IMG/VR virus record: IMGVR_UViG_3300021964_000070
Location: 1 to 59,538 of that record
From: a virus
Taxonomy: Duplodnaviria; Caudoviricetes
Reading direction: 5' to 3' (one strand)
DNA length: 59,538 nt
The notes under the pieces were generated by a model. That model saw only the letters and a list, made by a program, of their open reading frames with translations, was not told the origin of the DNA and searched no databases. A program made the position numbers and the translations under genes. Positions 17,426-24,807 of the stretch are shown piece after piece. Numbering within the stretch: position 1 is the stretch's first letter; every line of letters begins with the position of its first letter.

Positions 17426-17431
17426 CCAGTT

Positions 17432-17809
17432 TTATTTTTGGGCTTCCTGCCACCGTTGGTGGGACTTTTGGAACTGCGCCATAGAGTCTTTCATAAACTC
17501 TTGATGCGTGAGCCGCGAGTCTTTAGACGGGGACATTGATTTACTGGTCATTTTAAAGAACCCGATAGGTGCTATCTTATCAGCCGTTTCCGGCATCCAA
17601 GACAGGCCGCCCATTTCCGACACATTTGTTGTATCGTCTGGCGCATACCAGACTTGGACAAATTGTGGGTAACTACCGCTTGCCTGCTTGCAGGCGTTTC
17701 GAGCGGCGGTCACTGGGTCGGTGGCCTTTGCCCACCCGCCGTACCAACCGGCGGTAGAGGCAATGAAAGTAAATCCGTTGGGCAGAACCCAATCTTTAGA
17801 ATTAGCCAT
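17432..17809 (-). CDS. Hypothetical early protein
   Basis: Start MANSKDW behind AACTACGGGAG leader. Confidence 0.65.
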   Translation of the reverse strand: MANSKDWVLPNGFTFIASTAGWYGGWAKATDPVTAARNACKQASGSYPQFVQVWYAPDDTTNVSEMGGLSWMPETADKIAPIGFFKMTSKSMSPSKDSRLTHQEFMKDSMAQFQKSHQRWQEAQK

Positions 17810-17892
17810 AGCTAAATCTCCCGTAGTTAACAGTTTCAAACAACGCTACCCAAAATGGGTATTAGGTCACCCTTAACAGATGCCTCTCTTAT

Positions 17893-17921
17893 TATATAAC
17901 ATATTATCGCATACGTGTCAA
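17893..17921 (-). promoter_or_regulatory. Sigma70-type promoter with operator half-sites
   Basis: TTGACA-17-TATATA; ATCGCATA octamer in spacer. Confidence 0.75.
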
Positions 17922-17979
17922 GTTAATTTTTTAGAAAAGTTAACTCAAAACTCCAAATGTATAAGCACAATGGTGTAGA

Positions 17980-18261
17980 TCACCAGACCGACAAGGACTG
18001 TCTTTGCTCCCATTTGACCCATGATTTTTTCCATAACTCTGCATCCTCTTTTAGCTTGCGTTCAATGGCGGGATGGGACACCCAGCTTTTGAGCCCCAGT
18101 TCGACACTTTTGCGGTAATCGTTTTCCTGTTGCCGCCAGTAGGTGCTGTCTTCATCATTCCATTCTGCCTCTTCTGCATAATATCTGCAAATCACCATGC
18201 AGGCGTGGCCGGTTAATGACCCGTCCGGCCAGCGGACAACTTTAGGGGGTTGCATCTTCAT
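17980..18261 (-). CDS. Hypothetical protein
   Basis: 93 aa; GAGGAG RBS; starts MKMQP like the upstream endonuclease. Confidence 0.6.
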   Translation of the reverse strand: MKMQPPKVVRWPDGSLTGHACMVICRYYAEEAEWNDEDSTYWRQQENDYRKSVELGLKSWVSHPAIERKLKEDAELWKKSWVKWEQRQSLSVW

Positions 18262-19271
18262 TAGTTACTCCTCAGTGCGTGGTTATTGCCGTTCACGCAT
18301 TTAATGGTGAGAGCCTCTTCGGCAGACCACTTTAATTTTTTAATACGGCGGTGGGCGGTTTTGTAATCTACTGCGCCAAAATAATTGCAAGCATCTTTTA
18401 GTGTGGGGAAGACCATGCCCCTAACTTTTATGTTAGTCATTTTACGGACAGTGTATTTGGTTAGGCCGTATTCTTTTTTTAGAAGATAGACGGTGTATTT
18501 ACCCATCCCGTATTTTTCTGTTATTTGATTATCTGTTGCTCCCGCCTTGATGTCTTCTACGGCGTTTTTGCGAACGGTGTCATCGTATCGAATAATCATT
18601 TTTGCGCGGGGTTTAGTCGCGCCTGCCCGTTGTAAAATACGGTTTATAGTACCGCGCCCGACACCATATTTTTCGGCCAGCTTTTCGGTGGTAATCCGAT
18701 GGCTAGTATAATCGTCAATAACTGCCTGCGTTTGTGCATTAGAAAGTTTAACGCCGTATCCGCCCATAGGTGCGCCAACAAGGCTGTTTAATTGAACAGC
18801 ATCGGGGAAGGCGGCCTGCACTTTGGCAATGAGACGTGGTTCGTGGTGCGCGATTTCTGTTGCCTTGTATTTTTTACGGAAGATTTTAATTTTACAGCAT
18901 TTTTCATCTTTTAGTAGGGCACGATAGATAAAGCGATCTTTTTTATTGACGCCTTTTTTACCGTCGCGCTTTGCTTTTTGGATGTGTTGCTTGAACCGCA
19001 ATTCGGGGTCTGCGCTTGAACCGATATAGATGCCTTTCCCATCGACAATTAAGGCATAAAGTTGGCAAGGCCTGTCGGCATGACCTGACAGTTCAGCGGG
19101 GGCAAGGGGCATAAGCCCCAGTTTTTTGCCCCAGTTACGGATGATGGCGTAATCGTTATTGGAAAGGCCTTTGTTTCGGCAGGCCTGTAACACGGAGATT
19201 TTTTCCTGCGCCGCGTGTTCATACATATCGCGGATTTGTTTGTCGGAAAACTTACGCGGTTGCATCTTCAT
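18261..19271 (-). CDS. GIY-YIG homing endonuclease-like protein with HTH repeats
   Basis: LYAL...GIYIGSS...RFKQH; several HTH-like segments; NUMOD-like FPTLKDACNYFG; flanked by 15-bp direct repeats. Confidence 0.75.
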   Translation of the reverse strand: MKMQPRKFSDKQIRDMYEHAAQEKISVLQACRNKGLSNNDYAIIRNWGKKLGLMPLAPAELSGHADRPCQLYALIVDGKGIYIGSSADPELRFKQHIQKAKRDGKKGVNKKDRFIYRALLKDEKCCKIKIFRKKYKATEIAHHEPRLIAKVQAAFPDAVQLNSLVGAPMGGYGVKLSNAQTQAVIDDYTSHRITTEKLAEKYGVGRGTINRILQRAGATKPRAKMIIRYDDTVRKNAVEDIKAGATDNQITEKYGMGKYTVYLLKKEYGLTKYTVRKMTNIKVRGMVFPTLKDACNYFGAVDYKTAHRRIKKLKWSAEEALTIKCVNGNNHALRSN

Positions 19272-19438
19272 TTTGTGCGTCTCCTCTGCATCGAGATCCG
19301 TGTGCCGCGTTTCGCGACTTTAGGCTTACGCCATCTGCTATTTACATCATGGCGGTCATTTGCATTAAAGAGTTTTTCGCGCTGTTGTTTTAGGTGCGCG
19401 GCAAATTCTTCAACGGACATATCGACTGCGTTTTTCAT
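19268..19438 (-). CDS. Small basic hypothetical protein (not in ORF track)
   Basis: MKNAVDMSVEEFAAHLKQQREKLFNANDRHDVNSRWRKPKVAKRGTRISMQRRRTK; ACGGGAG RBS; ATGA overlaps at both ends. Confidence 0.65.
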   Translation of the reverse strand: MKNAVDMSVEEFAAHLKQQREKLFNANDRHDVNSRWRKPKVAKRGTRISMQRRRTK

Positions 19439-19833
19439 ATTAACTGCTCCCGTCCAAGTGACATATCGGTGACCCAGTTCTGCATATCTTCGGTGGGTTT
19501 ACATTCATAGACCATGCACACCGGTTCTTTATTTTCATGATATATAGCGAGGTCGAACATACGTTCGCCGATTTGGACGCCAATCCAGAAGGTTTCTTCA
19601 TCGGTGGGGTCGGTGAAGCCTTCCTCGATCATTTTTGGTTTAGCGTGATTATCATAGAAAGCCATCAGGTAGCCGCGCTCATAATCGGAAAGCTCAAGGT
19701 CATCATTGTCTTCATCTACATAAAAGCAGATAACAACCACGCCTTCATCGCGCTGGACTTCATGGTAAGCACCAATCCCGAATGTTTGTTCGAGCGTATC
19801 TAATATTTCGCTAGATGATTTAAACTTTGTCAT
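19435..19833 (-). CDS. Acidic hypothetical early protein
   Basis: 132 aa behind a perfect TCAACTACGGGAG leader. Confidence 0.65.
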   Translation of the reverse strand: MTKFKSSSEILDTLEQTFGIGAYHEVQRDEGVVVICFYVDEDNDDLELSDYERGYLMAFYDNHAKPKMIEEGFTDPTDEETFWIGVQIGERMFDLAIYHENKEPVCMVYECKPTEDMQNWVTDMSLGREQLI

Positions 19834-19834
19834 A

Positions 19835-20086
19835 TCATTCTCCCGTAGTTGATATAAGATTTATCCTATACATATAACACAAGTAAGAACGTGTCAAGCA
19901 AAAAGGGCGACATCTCTGCCGCCCCTTTCTGGAATATATCTTTTTAGACTTTATGACCCGAAGCTTGAACCGCGGGTCGCGGATTTTGATTGGGTTTCTT
20001 TTCTTCATTTTCCGTAACGACAGGGCATTTATATTTCTTATTGCGCCGCCGTCTTTGGCGTGACCAATCGAAATATCTAATGCCAA
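19835..20086 (-). CDS. ArfA-like alternative ribosome-rescue factor candidate, probably made from nonstop mRNA
   Basis: RDPRFKLRVIKSKKIYSRKGR aligns by eye with ArfA [24 protein letters not shown]; intrinsic terminator inside the ORF. Confidence 0.5.
   Translation of the reverse strand: MALDISIGHAKDGGAIRNINALSLRKMKKRNPIKIRDPRFKLRVIKSKKIYSRKGRQRCRPFCLTRSYLCYMYRINLISTTGE
19869..19897 (-). promoter_or_regulatory. Sigma70-type promoter with downstream palindromic operator
   Basis: TTGACA-17-TATGTA; TATAAGAT-TT-ATCCTATA at 19853-70. Confidence 0.75.
19900..19928 (-). terminator. Intrinsic terminator inside the ArfA-like ORF
   Basis: AAGGGGCGGCA-GAGA-TGTCGCCCTTTTT. Confidence 0.75.
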
Positions 20087-20343
20087 GTGCCTTCCTCTGC
20101 TTCATACTCAGCGGCAATCCGCGCTCCTGTTGCCATGCAGGATGATATCATACCAGTTGCGGTAGCGGCATCCGGAGAGGACACAATTAAACGGAAGATA
20201 AGCGCGGTTAGCATACCGCCCAACACGGCTCCCGCATTTAGGTCTTCATCCATCATTTCATCCAACAGATCGTTTATTTCATCGCGGGCTCTGTTGAAAT
20301 CTTCTTCCCCGTCAATAATCATCCGCGTTTTATCCTTTCCCAT
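20077..20343 (-). CDS. Hypothetical protein
   Basis: 88 aa; overlaps neighbouring genes in the operon. Confidence 0.55.
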   Translation of the reverse strand: MGKDKTRMIIDGEEDFNRARDEINDLLDEMMDEDLNAGAVLGGMLTALIFRLIVSSPDAATATGMISSCMATGARIAAEYEAEEGTWH

Positions 20344-20510
20344 GAGGCTAATATTTTTTTAGCCCGCTCAACAGCTTCAGGGCTGTGTTGCCCTTCGGCG
20401 GCTATACGGGATGCATATAACTGTACAGACATATTAACATCCCCCAGAGCTTCAGTCCAATCTATCTTCCTAGACAGGCTGTAGATTTCATCTTTATTGG
20501 ATCTCATCAT
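20319..20510 (-). CDS. Hypothetical protein
   Basis: Likely start (M)MRSNKDE with GGGGGTG RBS. Confidence 0.55.
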   Translation of the reverse strand: MMRSNKDEIYSLSRKIDWTEALGDVNMSVQLYASRIAAEGQHSPEAVERAKKILASWERIKRG

Positions 20511-20646
20511 CACCCCCGTATTCTGGATCATCCGTCCCGAAGGCCAGAAGTATAACCCCTTCTGCGCCGCTTTCAACTTCATCAAAAGGCAAGCCGACTT
20601 GTGCCAGCTTTTCTTTCAATTCTTCAACTGTGAATATGTTTTTCAT
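20494..20646 (-). CDS. Small acidic early protein (not in ORF track)
   Basis: MKNIFTVEELKEKLAQVGLPFDEVESGAEGVILLAFGTDDPEYGGDDEIQ behind AATTACGGGAG leader. Confidence 0.7.
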   Translation of the reverse strand: MKNIFTVEELKEKLAQVGLPFDEVESGAEGVILLAFGTDDPEYGGDDEIQ

Positions 20647-20676
20647 ATTCGTCTCCCGTAATTAGAACTATTATCC

Positions 20677-20705
20677 TACATACTCCCATACATTGGGTAT
20701 GTCAA
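20677..20705 (-). promoter_or_regulatory. Sigma70-type promoter with operator repeats
   Basis: TTGACA-17-TATGTA; TATGGGAG-TA-TGTAGGAT. Confidence 0.75.
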
Positions 20706-20706
20706 C

Positions 20707-20781
20707 AAAAAAAGAAACCCCCAGAAAAACTTCTGAGGGCTTCTCAACTACGGGAAATGTAAAGCTTGGGGGCTCTACGGC
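20707..20781 (-). ncRNA. Candidate trans-acting sRNA antisense to the early-gene RBS motif
   Basis: Promoter TTGTAT-17-TATAAT; 5' hairpin GTAGAGC/GCTTTAC; single-stranded ATTTCCCGTAGTTG; 14-bp terminator stem plus T7. Confidence 0.7.
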
Positions 20782-20785
20782 TCTC

Positions 20786-20814
20786 ATTATATAAGATAGT
20801 GTGGGAATATACAA
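20786..20814 (-). promoter_or_regulatory. Promoter of the sRNA
   Basis: TTGTAT-attcccacactatctta-TATAAT; contains operator octamers. Confidence 0.75.
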
Positions 20815-20881
20815 GTCTTTTTTACAAAAAAGTTTGACATAACATTTTGTAAAAGTTAGCTTTATTGCAGGGGGATATGAT

Positions 20882-21313
20882 TTGTTACCAGCCTTTGAAG
20901 CGGGTAAATTAGGTGAGCACATCTGCATGGTTCGGCTGTTGAAGCTGGGCGTTTCTTGTGAGCTCGTAAACTTAGACACTATCGACATCGTTGCGTCTGT
21001 CGATACTAAAATCATTCGCATCCAAGTCAAGTCCAGCATATTAAAAGGCCACAGACAAAAGCGCAGTCTAGGGTATCAATTTAATACCAGCTATTCCGGC
21101 AAGAAACTTCCACTCAACAAAGAGCATTGCGACATTGTTGCGCTTGTCGCTACAAATTGTGAACGGGTTATCTTCATGCCCGTAGAACATTTAAAGGGGC
21201 AGACGACTAAACGTCTTCCGCCCCAAAAGTTTGATGATGGTGATTTTTTTGAAAAGGGATCTTTAGAAGCCCGCTCATGGGATAAGTGCTTAACTTTCTT
21301 GTTTAGCACATGA
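20882..21313 (+). CDS. PD-(D/E)xK endonuclease (homing-endonuclease-like), opposite strand
   Basis: GKLGE...IDIV...IRIQVKS...CDIVALV motifs. Confidence 0.7.
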   Translation: MLPAFEAGKLGEHICMVRLLKLGVSCELVNLDTIDIVASVDTKIIRIQVKSSILKGHRQKRSLGYQFNTSYSGKKLPLNKEHCDIVALVATNCERVIFMPVEHLKGQTTKRLPPQKFDDGDFFEKGSLEARSWDKCLTFLFST

Positions 21314-21475
21314 GGCGGTTTCGCCTTGACAGCATTCAGATATGTAAAGCTTACAGACAGAGCATTGATAATGACCGTGAACTTCGACAGGCGGAAGGTT
21401 ACATAAACATCGCGGACATTGATTATTGTCCAGAGCCTTTTGTATTTTTCCCGCATCGCCGAAAAATTCATTCAT
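21290..21475 (-). CDS. Cys-rich zinc-finger-like protein
   Basis: CPRC...HGHYQCSVC...ECCQG. Confidence 0.65.
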   Translation of the reverse strand: MNEFFGDAGKIQKALDNNQCPRCLCNLPPVEVHGHYQCSVCKLYISECCQGETASCAKQES

Positions 21476-21623
21476 CTTCTATTTCCCCTGTGCCGTCACA
21501 CTTTTCACACGTCATCACGCGGCCTACTAATTCGCCCCCGCGCCAAGCCATCGGGTCTGGAACGGCGACTTCATACTCACATTCTCCCTCACCGCCACAT
21601 TCTGGACAAGTTTTATTTAACAA
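21468..21623 (-). CDS. DnaJ-type zinc-finger micro-protein (not in ORF track)
   Basis: TTG start; LNKTCPECGGEGECEYEVAVPDPMAWRGGELVGRVMTCEKCDGTGEIEDE contains two CxxCxGxG motifs. Confidence 0.7.
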   Translation of the reverse strand: MLNKTCPECGGEGECEYEVAVPDPMAWRGGELVGRVMTCEKCDGTGEIEDE

Positions 21624-22005
21624 GGGTCAACTGCGCCTTCTGCTTATAATAATGCTTTTTATAATAAGAGCGGGTCTTGTCCCGATTATTTTTTGTCCAG
21701 TTGCGCTTAGAACATAACTTAGAACAGAACATTCGCTTCTGACCCGTGAGCCGCGTTCCGCATTCCTTGCAGTTTTTGCGGCCATTCTTGCGCTTAATTT
21801 CGGGGGTAAACTTTACATTTACACCTTCATCAGGCTCGAACTTTATTTCAGGCTCTGGCTGGGCTTCTTCACGAATGTCCTTTAAGTCCTGCTCAACCAG
21901 AATAGCAAAAGCAACCACCCGCCGGAGGCTAGGGGGTGCGCTTGCCGGATCAAAATCATCGGATAAAACCGCGATTGAAGTCAAAAGTTTATCTAGATAA
22001 TTCAT
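21613..22005 (-). CDS. Hypothetical protein with C-terminal Zn-ribbon
   Basis: CKECG...FCSKLC; ACACGGGAG leader. Confidence 0.65.
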   Translation of the reverse strand: MNYLDKLLTSIAVLSDDFDPASAPPSLRRVVAFAILVEQDLKDIREEAQPEPEIKFEPDEGVNVKFTPEIKRKNGRKNCKECGTRLTGQKRMFCSKLCSKRNWTKNNRDKTRSYYKKHYYKQKAQLTLVK

Positions 22006-22105
22006 TTTTTACTCCCGTGTAAGATTATCTTAGAGTTATCCCATACCATATATAAAAAAATATATCAACCTTTTTTATAGGCTGGGTTTTATGCGAACGC
22101 ATAAA

Positions 22106-22243
22106 TTAACCATGCTTGCGATAGACATCCCACATAATACGGAGTTGACCGCTTATGGTTCTACCTTCAAGTTTGGCTATTCTTTTTATCTCTTCATACA
22201 CCTCAATTGGTACAAGAACAGATTTCCATTTTGTGATATCCAT
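22106..22243 (-). CDS. Ribbon-helix-helix DNA-binding protein, candidate repressor (not in ORF track)
   Basis: MDITKWKSVLVPIEVYEEIKRIAKLEGRTISGQLRIMWDVYRKHG has the beta-strand/helix/G-R-T/helix RHH pattern; AAGGAG RBS; own promoter. Confidence 0.75.
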   Translation of the reverse strand: MDITKWKSVLVPIEVYEEIKRIAKLEGRTISGQLRIMWDVYRKHG

Positions 22244-22264
22244 ATATCTCTCCTTATGTAAAGG

Positions 22265-22293
22265 AATATATAGGACTATACATTAAAATGCAA
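22265..22293 (-). promoter_or_regulatory. Promoter of RHH gene with operator octamers
   Basis: TTGCAT-17-TATATT; TAAAGGAA-TA-TATAGGAC at 22259-76. Confidence 0.6.
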
Positions 22294-22294
22294 T

Positions 22295-22346
22295 AAAAAA
22301 AAGGGCCCCGTGCTTAGACGAGGCCCCAGTTCTGGAGGAACGTAAT
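22295..22346 (-). ncRNA. Second candidate sRNA with anti-SD motif (its terminator also ends polA)
   Basis: TTGTAT-17-TAAGCT at 22351-79; ACGTTCCTCCAG followed by GGGGCCTCGT/ACGGGGCCCT stem and T8. Confidence 0.45.
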
Positions 22347-22380
22347 ATTTAGCTTAATACATTATTTAAAACTATACAAG

Positions 22381-24273
22381 TCATTCTGCTTCGCCCCAGT
22401 TAGGGCCGATTTCAATGTCACATTTACTGGGGATTTCCAGCGGCACGGCTGTCTCCATAATTTGTGAAATGTTCACAGCATCTTCACGGTCTTTCACAGA
22501 CATAGCTATCTCATCATGTATTTGCACAAGAGGGATGCGGCCTTGTTCGTATATGTTCACCATTGCCTGCTTTGTCATATCTGCGGCGGATGCTTGGATG
22601 AGCCGGTTCAGGGCTTTGTAAGTATATGCCCGCTTTAGTCTGGTGGTTTCGCCGTATTCTTTTACGGCATCTTGGTAAGGCAGAGCCTTGTTCATGGCAA
22701 ATGTATCGGGCTCCCAGAGGTCAAACCTACATTTGCGTCCTAAGATAGAGCGGACTGAGCCGCTTGCGCCGCGATCATTGAGCCGGTTTTGAACACCCGT
22801 CATCAAGCCTTTAACAAACGGGACTCGATCATGATACTGATTAACTAGCGATTTGGCTTCATCAACGGCAATGTCTAACTGGTCGGATAATTTGTTCACG
22901 CCCATGCCATACATCATACCTAGATTGATGGTCTTGGCCTGCTTGCGCGGGATGTTAGCCATCTCTGCCACCATTGTATGGAAGTCCATATTTGGGTCAT
23001 TGCGGTAGGCATCCACAAATTCTTCTACACCCGCCATCTGTATGCCTTTAGCCTTACCATATACATACGCATAGTGAACCAAGATGCGTGGTTCCTGTTG
23101 TGAGAAGTCAATTGCGGCCCACTGCTCCCCTTCTTCCGGAAGGAACAGGCTACGGATCATTGGCCCTAATACAGGGTCGCGGGCCGGGATCTGTTGGAGG
23201 TTAGGGTTGTTCATGGATATTCGCCCAGAAACCGTGCCGCCATCATCAGACCTGATTTGGTTGATGTGCGAGTGGATACGGCCGTCACTGTGGCAGTGCT
23301 TCATTATGGTGTTAATAAATGTCCCGCTGGTCTTGTTGAGGTTACGGGCCTTAACAATTAACTGCGCCAATTCATGTGGGTGGTCGATTAAAAAAGATTT
23401 CGTGAAGGACGGCGCATTTTTTTCTGTGCGGGGATAATCAATACTGAGCTTATCAAAAGCTTGAGCTATGGACTTTGCCGCCCAGAGCTCGACATCCATA
23501 CCGGCAACACGTTTAATTTGCTTCTTTATTTCTTTCTCTTCTTTTAGAAGATGATCTCTAGTGCGCTCAACACGGTCTTGATCCACACGGACGCCGCGCC
23601 AAGTCATGTCGATTAGACAGGGCAACAGCTTGAGCTCAAGCTCTGCTATGGGCCAGAGGTCTTCTTTTGTTAGCTGGGTAGATAAGTAACCCCATAGCTG
23701 GAGTGTAATCTCTGCGTCATTCTGGGCATACGGTCCAACAAACATGGCGGGCATCTGCCACATATCCGCTTTTGGGTCGAGGCCAAAGGCGCGGGCAGCT
23801 TCCTGTAATGTTTTCTCTGTTTTGATTTTACCTAAATGGTCGTAACACAGAGTGTTAAGGCTGTAGCTGAAACGGTTTTCGTCAAGCAGAGCGGCGATTA
23901 ACATAGTGTCAATAATGCGGCCGTTGATGGTGAAGCCCATCCGGCGTATCCAGCCCGCGTCATATTGAGCATTATGCATAATTTTATCAGCAGGGCACTC
24001 AAACACTTTCTTGAGCCACTTATTTACAATGCGCTCGTCTAGATTACCGCCGCCCTTATGCCGAACAGGTATATATCCAGCCCAGTCTTCTACGGCAATG
24101 GCGTAGCCTACCACTTCGCCATCACCAGTGGTCCAACCCGGCCCCAATGTTTTGATATTGGGGTCGCGGGTTTCAACATCTATAGCTATTCTTTTTGCAT
24201 CAAAGATGTCGGGCAGTTCAGCCGGTGGAACCCATTCGCTCTTCGGGGCAAACATCGTCATTTGCAGTGACAT
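22381..24273 (-). CDS. polA: DNA polymerase family A with 3'-5' exonuclease
   Basis: AIDVET, HNAQYD exonuclease motifs; SGRISMNNPNLQQIP; DFSQQEPR; KTINLGMMYGMG; QIHDE. Confidence 0.95.
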   Translation of the reverse strand: MSLQMTMFAPKSEWVPPAELPDIFDAKRIAIDVETRDPNIKTLGPGWTTGDGEVVGYAIAVEDWAGYIPVRHKGGGNLDERIVNKWLKKVFECPADKIMHNAQYDAGWIRRMGFTINGRIIDTMLIAALLDENRFSYSLNTLCYDHLGKIKTEKTLQEAARAFGLDPKADMWQMPAMFVGPYAQNDAEITLQLWGYLSTQLTKEDLWPIAELELKLLPCLIDMTWRGVRVDQDRVERTRDHLLKEEKEIKKQIKRVAGMDVELWAAKSIAQAFDKLSIDYPRTEKNAPSFTKSFLIDHPHELAQLIVKARNLNKTSGTFINTIMKHCHSDGRIHSHINQIRSDDGGTVSGRISMNNPNLQQIPARDPVLGPMIRSLFLPEEGEQWAAIDFSQQEPRILVHYAYVYGKAKGIQMAGVEEFVDAYRNDPNMDFHTMVAEMANIPRKQAKTINLGMMYGMGVNKLSDQLDIAVDEAKSLVNQYHDRVPFVKGLMTGVQNRLNDRGASGSVRSILGRKCRFDLWEPDTFAMNKALPYQDAVKEYGETTRLKRAYTYKALNRLIQASAADMTKQAMVNIYEQGRIPLVQIHDEIAMSVKDREDAVNISQIMETAVPLEIPSKCDIEIGPNWGEAE

Positions 24274-24406
24274 TCATATTCTCCATTACAACAGCATATT
24301 TTGCGTGATGACTATTCCCGAAGTCGCTAATTACTTCCCAGCCCATAGACTCATAATCTTCAATTTTGTCATGAGGCACATATCTGATAATTCTAATCTT
24401 CTCCAC
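24218..24406 (-). CDS. Hypothetical protein
   Basis: 62 aa; overlaps both neighbours; GGAG RBS. Confidence 0.5.
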   Translation of the reverse strand: MEKIRIIRYVPHDKIEDYESMGWEVISDFGNSHHAKYAVVMENMNVTANDDVCPEERMGSTG

Positions 24407-24647
24407 CTAAAGCTCCATATCCACAAATGTCAATCCAGCTATCTTCATGTTCTGGTGTAACGATAAGTCTAGCTAACTTTACGGCGATCATGCATTGGTA
24501 TACTTGCGATACGCTAACATCCTTATTTAAGATTACAGACCACATCTCAGCTATACGCTCATGGTTTTCTTGAGCTTCTCCATAAGCTTGGGCCCGTGGG
24601 CCGTTAACTAAGGACTCAGCTTTGGATAATATTTCTGCACGTTTCAT
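24393..24647 (-). CDS. DUF6378-like phage protein
   Basis: R..AYG...NHERIA.MWS...KLAR...HEDSWIDICGY. Confidence 0.75.
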   Translation of the reverse strand: MKRAEILSKAESLVNGPRAQAYGEAQENHERIAEMWSVILNKDVSVSQVYQCMIAVKLARLIVTPEHEDSWIDICGYGALGGED

Positions 24648-24807
24648 TTTCTGCCTCTAAGGTTACCGTTTGTTTTGTTTTCTGTGCCTCATGCCATGCA
24701 ATTGTCATGGCTATCAGCGCAAAGGAAATATAAGCCCCCACCACTATTTGTAGCGGCAACTTAAAAAACCGAAAAACTAAACCAATTAGCCCCCACAACG
24801 CTTTCAT
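24616..24807 (-). CDS. Small membrane protein
   Basis: Hydrophobic N-terminal half; ATGA coupling. Confidence 0.5.
   Translation of the reverse strand: MKALWGLIGLVFRFFKLPLQIVVGAYISFALIAMTIAWHEAQKTKQTVTLEAENETCRNIIQS

Noticed and set aside
20745-20765. CAACTACGGGAAATG read as an RBS plus start codon of a plus-strand gene
   Set aside because: The ATG is immediately followed by TAA and spacing from the SD is too short; the flanking promoter and terminator are oriented for minus-strand transcription.
20671-21039. 122-aa minus-strand ORF in the track
   Set aside because: Antisense to the nuclease gene, runs through a promoter, the sRNA and a terminator, and has no RBS or recognisable motif.
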